Assembly: GCA_040767805.1 (NCBI GenBank)
Contig: JAXGNU010000005.1
Span: 1-64,000, forward strand
Source: Thermovirgaceae bacterium
GTDB taxonomy: Bacteria > Synergistota > Synergistia > Synergistales > Thermovirgaceae
DNA length: 64,000 nt
Direction: 5' to 3'
Part shown: in pieces, positions 29,172 through 37,035 of the stretch
Layout: the number at the start of each line of letters is the position of its first letter
Position numbering within the stretch: the stretch's first letter is position 1
Position numbers and translations under genes: made by a program
Notes under the pieces: model-generated
What the model saw: the letters and a program-made list of their open reading frames with translations, nothing else
The model's database searches: none
What the model was told of the DNA's origin: nothing

Positions 29172-29720
29172 TTGGACAACCGGAGCATGGTGACGAGGTT
29201 CCTCGACGTAATAGAGGGGGACATCCTGCCCCTCACCGAAAGGGCGGTGCCCAGGGGGCACAACATTTTCGGGGCCGCCGTGCTGCGGGTCCGCGACCTC
29301 TCCCTGGTGGTCGCGGCCACGAACGAAAGGGGCGCCGACCCCACCCTTCACGGGGAAATGGCGGCTATCCGGGCCTTTTTCAGGGACAAGGGGCGCCCCG
29401 ACCCGGCCGACACGGTCTTTTTGGCCACCCACGAGCCCTGTTCCATGTGCCTTTCCGCCCTCGCCTGGTCGGGGTTCCGGAAGATCTACTTCCTCTTCAC
29501 CTACGAGGAGACCCGCGACGACTTCAGGATGGGCGACGACCTGCGGATCCTGGCCGAGGTCTTTTCAACGACGGTGCCCTCGAGGAAGAACTCCTACTTC
29601 GAACTGGTCCCACTCCGGGGCATGATAGCCTCGCTTCCCGAGAGGGAGCCCCTCCTGGAGAGGGTCGCCAAACTCAAGGGTACCTACAAGGCCCTGTCCG
29701 AAAAAGTTCTTACCCCCTAG
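29172..29720 (+). CDS. Zn-dependent nucleoside/nucleobase deaminase
   Basis: FGAA, LHGE and THEPCSMC motifs. Confidence 0.88.
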   Translation: MDNRSMVTRFLDVIEGDILPLTERAVPRGHNIFGAAVLRVRDLSLVVAATNERGADPTLHGEMAAIRAFFRDKGRPDPADTVFLATHEPCSMCLSALAWSGFRKIYFLFTYEETRDDFRMGDDLRILAEVFSTTVPSRKNSYFELVPLRGMIASLPEREPLLERVAKLKGTYKALSEKVLTP

Positions 29721-30226
29721 AAGGGCTCGAACCCCATCTCGCTCATGAACTCCCGCTGCAGCACCCGGTACTGTTCGTCGATGTACTCCTGGTGCTCGCC
29801 CTCCCACTCGGAGAGCATCTCGAGGACCCTGCGGCCCTCGGGGTCGTCCATGGTGCGGGCGGCGTTGTTGTAGAAGTTCCTGAAATCGGTCTCGATGGCG
29901 AGGGCCATCCTCAAAACGCTGAAATCGGAGGACATCTCGCCCAGGGGCGGCTCGACGGCTGTGCCTACCCTCTTTTCCAGGATGATATCGCCGGCCTTCT
30001 CCAGCTCCTCGACGGGCAGGGCCGCGTCGGCCCACTTTCCCGTCTCGCCCAGGCTGACCTTGTGCTGCTTCAGGAAATCGTAGTGCCCCTTCTCCCATTC
30101 GGCCAAGTTCGCCAGGAGGCTCCTCGTGTCCGCCCTGCTCACCTTCTGCAGCGAGTCGAGGTAGAAATCCCTGGCATCGAGCTCCATCCTCATGGCGAAA
30201 TCCACGATCCGCTCCGCCTTTCTCAT
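29717..30226 (-). CDS. Ferritin-like/rubrerythrin-family protein
   Basis: Two ExxxxxFY...ExxH diiron half-motifs. Confidence 0.8.
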   Translation of the reverse strand: MRKAERIVDFAMRMELDARDFYLDSLQKVSRADTRSLLANLAEWEKGHYDFLKQHKVSLGETGKWADAALPVEELEKAGDIILEKRVGTAVEPPLGEMSSDFSVLRMALAIETDFRNFYNNAARTMDDPEGRRVLEMLSEWEGEHQEYIDEQYRVLQREFMSEMGFEPF

Positions 30227-30318
30227 TTGCCGCACCCCCGACAAGATATTATGCCAGTCTTTTGATTCTATCAGTAAGGAAAGGAGTAAAAAGCGCAGCG
30301 ACCTTTGGATAATGAATA

Positions 30319-30347
30319 CAAAAAAGCGGCCCCCGCGGGAGCCGCCA
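30319..30347 (-). terminator. Intrinsic terminator of selD
   Basis: GGCGGCTCCC-GC-GGGGGCCGC plus T6 on the minus strand. Confidence 0.7.
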
Positions 30348-30358
30348 TGATCCGGTCC

Positions 30359-31393
30359 TTACCAGATCCTTATCCTTTCTGCCCCCTCGGCGAAAACCCC
30401 GATCTTCGCCGCGTGAGGGAACCCTGCTTCATGGCATGCCTCGAGGAACCGCATCGCGGCCTCCTCGCTCACGGCCAGCAGGAGCCCGCCCGAGGTCTGG
30501 GCGTCGAAAAGCAGGGCGGGAAGGGCCCCGGGCATCTTTTCCAGGCCCTCTACCCTCGGGGCGTATAGTTCCATGTTTCGATCGGAGCCGCCGGGGATAA
30601 AGCCCATCTCGGCCTTCTCGAGCGTCCCGGGCAGCAGGGGCAGTTCACCGGGGGAGAGCCTCGCCTCCAGGCCTCCATCGGAGAGCATGTCCAGGAGGTG
30701 CCCCGCCAGGCTGAAACCCGTCACGTCGGTGCAGGCGTGGACCTCCGCCAACAGTTCCCCGGGCAGCCTCGCCGGGAGATCGTTGAGGGCGCCCATGGAC
30801 CTAACGGCGGCCTCCGTCTCCCAGGGGTCGGCCGCCCCGGCTTTTATGGCCGTCGCTACGAGTCCAGTGCCCAGGGGCTTCGTGAGGATGAGCGCGTCGC
30901 CGGGGCGGGCCCCGGTGACCTTCCACATCTTCGCGGCTTCGACCTCGCCGAAGACGGCGAGGCCGTACTTGGGCTCTCCGTCGTCGACACTGTGGCCGCC
31001 GGCGAGGACGGCCCCGGCCGCGTTGACCCTCTCCTGACCGCCCTTGAGGATCTCCGACAGCACCTCCAGCGGTTCGCAGGTGACGGGGAAACCGACGATG
31101 TTCAGGGCCACCAGCGGCCTGCCGCCCATGGCGTAGACATCGCTCAGCGCGTTGGCGGCGGCGATCTGACCGTAGGTGAAGGGGTCGTCCACCACGGGGG
31201 TTATGAAATCGAGGGTCATGATGGCCGTCCTCTTCCCGTCGAGCATCCAGGTGGCGGCGTCCTCACCCTTGTCCCAACTGGTGAGCAGGAACCCGTTCTC
31301 CTGGGTGGGAAGCGCCTTCAGTATCTCTTTCAGGTCCGCCGGACCTATTTTGGCCGCTCAGCCGCTGCTGTGCGACAGTTCCGTAAGCCGCAT
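30359..31393 (-). CDS. selD: Selenide, water dikinase (selenocysteine-containing)
   Basis: ATG at 31393 with GGAGG RBS reads MRLTELSHSSG-UGA-AAKIGP in frame into DFITPVVDDP, NALSDVYAMGG, GGHS, TDVTGF, DAQTSGGLL. Confidence 0.93.
31332..31346 (-). promoter_or_regulatory. Candidate bacterial SECIS hairpin
   Basis: AGGTCC-GGC-GGACCT begins 11 nt after the in-frame UGA (31358-31360). Confidence 0.7.
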
Positions 31394-31410
31394 GGTGAAA
31401 CCTCCTCATT

Positions 31411-31434
31411 GGGGTCAGGTCTACACTTTTGACT
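31411..31434 (+). repeat. 24-bp RAYT-associated repeat (left arm)
   Basis: GGGGTCAGGTCTACACTTTTGACT; overlaps the transposase stop codon. Confidence 0.9.
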
Positions 31435-32365
31435 ATTTCAGCTTTTCCCCTATTTTCCGGACCCTTTCCTTCAACTCCCTGTTCCTTTCCATCCTGCTCT
31501 CAAGCCTCCGGCAGGCGCGGTTCACCCCCGATTCCGTCAACCCGTAAAGGTCCCCTATCTCTTTAAGCTTAGCACCACTGAACCTCCAGCAGAGGTAGAT
31601 GCCCGCCATCTTTGCCAGCTTGGCCTCCTCGGGGAAAACCTCTTCAGAAGCAGCCTTGATATCCCCCAAGGCGGGGCCGCCGACCAGTTCCCTCAGCGCC
31701 GGAAGGTCACGGCCCGGCTCAATTCCCTCCAGGTACTTCTCCCTGATGTCCCTGATGAACTCGTCGGTGCCGAGGATCGTCGAGGCGATCGAACCGGCAA
31801 GGGGGTCCACACCCTCTTCGCCGACGGCCTCCATCAAGTAGGCCCTGTAGTTTCCGGGGCGGTCCTTTTCGGACGGGCCGAAATACCCAAGGACGAGGCC
31901 CGTCGAAAGCCAGGAGGGGGCGGTGCCGTCGAGGTACCGAGGGCAGCTGCTCCACTGGTATTCCTCAAGGGAGGAAACCATCTTCGCCCTGACGGGGTTC
32001 AGGTGAATGTAGCGCGAAAGTTCAGCAGCGTAGGCGTCGGCCTCGACCAGGGTCGCCTTGTAGCGCCCCTGGAGTAGGTGGCCCGCTCTTTGATGCTTAA
32101 GGTTGAAATAGGTGGTATAGGACCCGTTGATATGCTTCATCACGCGCGAGAGATTCCCGTCGGGGGTTTCCACCATCAGGTGGTAGTGGTTGTTCATGAG
32201 GCAGTAAGCATGGAACACCGCCCCATACCTCTCCCAGGCCGACAACAGGTACGAAAGAAATTTTTCCCTGTCCCGCGCGGTCTTGAAGATATCCTTCTTT
32301 TCATTGCCCCGGGACATAACGTGGTACAAAGCGCCGGGGTATTCGATCCTCAAAGGTCTGGCCAA
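31433..32365 (-). mobile_element. HUH/Y1 REP-associated tyrosine transposase (RAYT-like) with C-terminal HTH extension
   Basis: YHVMSRG, YCLMNNHYHL (HUH), GHLLQGRYKA, YIHLNPVRA (Y1), YQWSS; C-terminal LKEIGDLYGLTESGV helix-turn-helix. Confidence 0.9.
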
Positions 32366-32411
32366 GGGAAAAACCTCCTGTCGTGAAAGGATGAAAAAAT
32401 TTTCTTTGATT

Positions 32412-32559
32412 ACGCCAAATTAGTCAAAAGTGTAGACCTGACCCTGCTCTTCCACGCCAAATTAGTCAAAAGTGTAGACCTGACCCCGCTTTTCCAGTCA
32501 AAAGTGTAGACCTGACCCCGCTTTTCCAGTCAAAAGTGTAGACCTGACCCCGCTTTTCC
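32412..32559 (-). repeat. Tandem array of four copies of the RAYT-associated repeat
   Basis: AGTCAAAAGTGTAGACCTGACCC(C/T) at 32422, 32464, 32496 and 32528; periods 42, 32, 32 bp. Confidence 0.92.
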
Positions 32560-32806
32560 AGGTTTAATATGATAGGGTTGCACGAGACAGGGAGAAGAGA
32601 CCGGGCGAAATCACTGGGGAAAAAAACGAGATATCGCGCTGGTTGGGGCATCGGGACCCGGTTTTTCGGAGGACGGGGTTCACGGAAATCCTGGTCTCAA
32701 CTCGGAAATCCATGGCCTCAACCAGTGGTTGAGGGTTCCCATTTTCATTATTTTCGATGAGGTCTGTTCCAATGTTGAAGATACCAGGAAGTTACAATCT
32801 ACGATA

Positions 32807-33967
32807 ATGTTCAAGTTGGCTGTTCTTTCCCTTTCCCTACTTACTTTGATGTCCAACAGCGCCGTATCTCCGGCCCTAGGGGAGATTAGTGATTATTTCT
32901 GTTACAGCAAAGAGAGCCTTATTCGACTTGTACCTGTCATTCATGCGATTACGATTGTCCCCACAATTTTTTTTGTGGGACGCCTTTCAAGAGTTTTCCC
33001 CGGTAAGGCCTTGCTTGTTTTCGGACTTTCGGTTTTTACCCTGTCGGGGACGATAGGGGGTTTTGTCTCCAACATATTTACTCTACTGTTGACTAGGCTC
33101 TTCATGGGTTTTGGCCTTGGCCTGGTGATCCCCTTTTCTACGGCATTGATTTCGGATTTTTTCGAAGGTGATGAAAAGACCAGGCTGATGGGACTTTCCA
33201 GTTCTCTTAATATGTTTGGTGGGATGATTGCTCTGCTTGTTGCGGGACAGCTGGCTTCCTTTTCCTGGAGACTACCTTTTTTGATTTATTCTTTTGGTAT
33301 TCCTGTTCTGGGTTTGACCATCCGCTACCTACCCAACCTGGCAATAAGCGCCACCGAAGAAGCTACCGTTGGAACAAGCCCTGGAAGGTCCATCCTGCCG
33401 ATAGTACTGTCGATGTTTTTATTTAACCTGGTTTTCTTTATTCTCACTCCCACCATGGCCTTTTATCTTCGTTACAGCGGCCTTGGTGACAGCAGGATAA
33501 CGGGAATGGTCATTGCTTCCGCGAATATTGGAGGTTTCGCTGCGGGTATTTTGTTGCCTCAGACAAGAAAAACCTTGGGGAAATTTTTTATTCCAGTTGT
33601 CCTTTTCTCGATAGGAACAGGGTTTATCTTGCTATCGAAGGCGACCCTGATCGCCGTCGTTTTCCTGGGCACCATTGTTATAGGCTTCGCCAATAGGTCC
33701 ATCTACCCTCTTTTTTTCCTGAAAGTGACGGAAAACACCACGCCGGCGGAAGCAATCCGAAGAACTTCTCTATTAAGCACAATGGTGTACCTAGGGCAGT
33801 TCATGGCCCCTATCTTCCAGCAATTTGTCGGTATAGCTTTTCAAAGACCCGACATACGTTTCCTATACGGTTTTGTGGCCGTCCTTTCGATGGCCGCATC
33901 TTTCCCATTTTTTACCTATGCTTCGATCAAGAGGGGAAATGCTCTCCAGGCGATAAAAAAGGAATGA
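32807..33967 (+). CDS. MFS transporter
   Basis: About 12 hydrophobic helices, GRLSRVFPGK loop, RLFMGFGLG; visibly lower GC than the backbone. Confidence 0.85.
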   Translation: MFKLAVLSLSLLTLMSNSAVSPALGEISDYFCYSKESLIRLVPVIHAITIVPTIFFVGRLSRVFPGKALLVFGLSVFTLSGTIGGFVSNIFTLLLTRLFMGFGLGLVIPFSTALISDFFEGDEKTRLMGLSSSLNMFGGMIALLVAGQLASFSWRLPFLIYSFGIPVLGLTIRYLPNLAISATEEATVGTSPGRSILPIVLSMFLFNLVFFILTPTMAFYLRYSGLGDSRITGMVIASANIGGFAAGILLPQTRKTLGKFFIPVVLFSIGTGFILLSKATLIAVVFLGTIVIGFANRSIYPLFFLKVTENTTPAEAIRRTSLLSTMVYLGQFMAPIFQQFVGIAFQRPDIRFLYGFVAVLSMAASFPFFTYASIKRGNALQAIKKE

Positions 33968-34453
33968 CAATTTGACCGCTCACGCGCTCCCTGTACCGGG
34001 AAAAGCGAAAACAGCCCTGTTAAAAATGTGAATCAAACTCCACCCCAAGAGCGCTGCCTATAACATAGGGGAAAGGGACGAGCGACGGTCCTGCACCGGC
34101 CGCGCAAAGTCGCAAAAATCCCTTCCGGGCAAAATCATAGGTTCCCATCCATCCGCACACGATCATCGAGTATCGCCGTTTGTGCGATGCTGAAGATCTT
34201 CCTTCTCACCCCCATGATCTCTTTCGAAGAGCAGTTTTTTTGATACCTTTTTGAAAGGCCTGGAAAGACAAGGTTCGAGTCCACTTTGACGAAGTCAAGT
34301 TAATCGACCGAAGAGAGGTATTTCGAGAGGTTAGAATTAAGGAGACCGCCCAACAGCCTGCCGTCTAATAGTTTTAAGGCAAGTGATACAATTATCTTGA
34401 ACGGGATGAAGGGATGGCAAGAGATAGATTAAACCACGACGGGAGGTTCGATC

Positions 34454-35959
34454 ATGACCTTTTCACCCAGTATGAGTTCGGGCTTTACGGCGGCCAGGAA
34501 CAGGAGCAAGTATATTTCCCCCCAGTCGGGGATGTGCTCCCTGTGCACCGAAGAGTGCCCGGGGACTTGCGAGATAGCCCAGGCGGCCGTCCTGGGGAAG
34601 ATAACGGTTTATCCCACCACCACCGGCGCCAACCAGATCGCGTCGGAAAAGGATTACCCCATCGATTTTTCCCATTTCAATATAAACGGCCGTTGTTTCG
34701 GCGCCCTGGGGGTGGAGGCGGACCTCGAGCACGGGGAGATTTTCAACGTCAACCTGGCCTCGGAGTACGGCTATGATCACAGGGTGAAACTCGACCTGCC
34801 CATCGTCCTGCCCGCTATCATCAAGATGAACTGGGTCGACTACTTCGGCGGCGCCGCCATGGCCGGGGTGACCTGCATGATCGGCGAGGACGCCAGGGAA
34901 AAAGACGCCGAACTGGAAATGACGGACGGGAGGATCACGTCCTTTCCCATGCTGCAGAGAATACACGACAGCTTCCATAAATATTACCGTGGTTCGGGGC
35001 AGATGGTGCTCCAGTGCAATGTCGACGACCATCTCACGGGCGTTCCGGAGATAGCGCTTGAAAAATACGGCTTCGAGGCCCTAGAGTTCAAGTTCGGCCA
35101 GGGTGCCAAGGGGACCCAGCCGGTCAACAGGATCAAGGACTACGACGAGGCCGTGAAAAAGGTAGAGAAGGGGCACCTCGTCCACCCCGACCCCTTCGAT
35201 CCCAAGGTGATGGAACTCAGGGAAGAGGGCTGCTGCCCCAACTTCTACACCTACGGGAGGCTCCCGATGTGGACCGAGGAGACCATGGCAAAGCGGATCA
35301 CCGAGCTTAGGGAGAGGGGAACGAAGAACGTCTATTTCAAGATGGCCGGCTTCGACCTGGCCGATGTGGAGCGGGTCATCCGCATGGCGATAGAGAACAG
35401 GGTCGACATGGTCACCTTCGACGGGGCCGGCGGCGGTTCCGGCTACAGCCCCTCGAAGATGATGGACGAATGGTCCCTCCCGACGGTCATGCTTGAAAAG
35501 GGCGTCGTCGATATCTGCGACAAACTGGAAAGGCAGGGCAAAACGCTGCCTGCCATGGTCATCACCGGGGGCTTCATAAGCGAGGACCAGGTATTCAAGG
35601 CCCTCGCCTACGGCGACGGGTTCATCAACGCCGTCGGCGTCTGCCGCGGCGCGATGGCGGCGGCCATGACGGGCAAGACCATCGGCGACGAGATAAAGGC
35701 GGGCAGGACGCCGGAATTCTTCAAAAAGTTCGGCGATACCGTCGACGAGGTCTTCCGCGACCTGGCTGACCTTAAGGGGATCTACGGGAAAGAGGCCGAG
35801 AATTTCTCCACGGGGGCGATCGGGGTTTTCTCCTACCTGAACAAGCTGGCCTTCGGTTTGAGGCATTTCGCGGCCTTGAACCGGAAATTCGACCTTATGT
35901 ACCTGGACAGGAGCGACCTGATCCCGCTCACCTACTACGCCAACGACCTCTTGGGCTAG
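34454..35959 (+). CDS. FMN-binding glutamate-synthase-family protein (stand-alone FMN barrel)
   Basis: N-terminal CSLCTEECPGTC, EFKFGQGAKG, TFDGAGGGSG, GGFISEDQVFKALA. Confidence 0.85.
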   Translation: MTFSPSMSSGFTAARNRSKYISPQSGMCSLCTEECPGTCEIAQAAVLGKITVYPTTTGANQIASEKDYPIDFSHFNINGRCFGALGVEADLEHGEIFNVNLASEYGYDHRVKLDLPIVLPAIIKMNWVDYFGGAAMAGVTCMIGEDAREKDAELEMTDGRITSFPMLQRIHDSFHKYYRGSGQMVLQCNVDDHLTGVPEIALEKYGFEALEFKFGQGAKGTQPVNRIKDYDEAVKKVEKGHLVHPDPFDPKVMELREEGCCPNFYTYGRLPMWTEETMAKRITELRERGTKNVYFKMAGFDLADVERVIRMAIENRVDMVTFDGAGGGSGYSPSKMMDEWSLPTVMLEKGVVDICDKLERQGKTLPAMVITGGFISEDQVFKALAYGDGFINAVGVCRGAMAAAMTGKTIGDEIKAGRTPEFFKKFGDTVDEVFRDLADLKGIYGKEAENFSTGAIGVFSYLNKLAFGLRHFAALNRKFDLMYLDRSDLIPLTYYANDLLG

Positions 35960-36212
35960 GTGGGGCCGGCCCCGGCGCCGGGGATAAAACAGCGGCGACT
36001 CATAAACCCGATAAACGCCGGGGCCCCATTGTGCTATAATGACTTACGTCGAAGCAAGATTTTTGGGAGAGGGTTGAGGACTCTCCGGTTTTGGTGTAAT
36101 CATATTGGTAATGCCAAGGACTTATCAGAATGACTTTCAGGGGAAGGTCTTGTTGAAACCGGCTTCTGTCCTTGGCGCCGATCTCGATACTGGCCGGAAA
36201 AGGGGAACCCTG

Positions 36213-37022
36213 ATGTCGTCTGGAACCGCCGACGAGAAAGGAATGATCTATAAGATAGCCCGTTACGCCATCCATGATGGACCGGGGATCCGCACCACCG
36301 TTTTTTTGAAAGGCTGCCCCGCCCGCTGCCTCTGGTGCTGTAACCCCGAGTCGCAGCGCCGGGAACCGGAACTGGCGAAAAAGGTAGAGTTGTGCCGGAC
36401 CTGCCCCGCCGACGCGCTGGAATGGATAGGTCGGGAGATCACCGCCTCTGACTTACTCCGAGAAGTAGAACCTGACCGCCCTTTTTGGCGAAGGTCGGGA
36501 GGGGGCGTGACCCTTTCCGGTGGTGAACCTCTTTTCCAACCCCGGTTCGTGAAGCGATTCCTTCAACTTTGCCGGGAAAAACACATACACACCGCCTTGG
36601 AGAGCAGCCTTTTCGGCGACTGGAAGTTCCTGGAAGAATTGATGGATCTCGTCGATTTCTTCCAGTTTGACTTGAAGGCCATGGATCCCGAGGAGCACCT
36701 TCAATTGACCGGTCTCGACAACCGGGTCATTTTGGATAATGCCGCCAGGCTCCTCGAGAGCGATAAACAGCTCCTGGCGAGGATACCCCTCGTCCCCGGA
36801 TGCAACGATGGGGAGTCCAACCTTCGTGAACTGGGGGCCTTCCTGGAACGCCACCGCCCCGGGGCCCACCTGGAGGTCCTACCTTACCACCGCATGGGAG
36901 TCGGTAGATACGAAGAGTTGGGCAGGCCTTACCCCTTGCCTGACACTCTCCCGCCGACGGAGGAAGAGATGGAGAGGGCCTTGGGGATCCTGAAGGATTA
37001 TTCAATCCGGGTTATCAACTAG
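36213..37022 (+). CDS. Glycyl radical enzyme activase 1 (short form)
   Basis: HDGPGIRTTVFLKGCPARCLWCCNPES, GGVTLSGGEP, RIPLVPG, LPYH. Confidence 0.92.
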   Translation: MSSGTADEKGMIYKIARYAIHDGPGIRTTVFLKGCPARCLWCCNPESQRREPELAKKVELCRTCPADALEWIGREITASDLLREVEPDRPFWRRSGGGVTLSGGEPLFQPRFVKRFLQLCREKHIHTALESSLFGDWKFLEELMDLVDFFQFDLKAMDPEEHLQLTGLDNRVILDNAARLLESDKQLLARIPLVPGCNDGESNLRELGAFLERHRPGAHLEVLPYHRMGVGRYEELGRPYPLPDTLPPTEEEMERALGILKDYSIRVIN

Positions 37023-37035
37023 GGAGGTCGATAGC

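Noticed and set aside
32412..32559. Tandem repeats as a CRISPR array
   Set aside because: The sequences between repeats are near-identical 8-18 bp linkers rather than unique spacers, there are no cas genes, and the repeat is shared with the HUH element ends.
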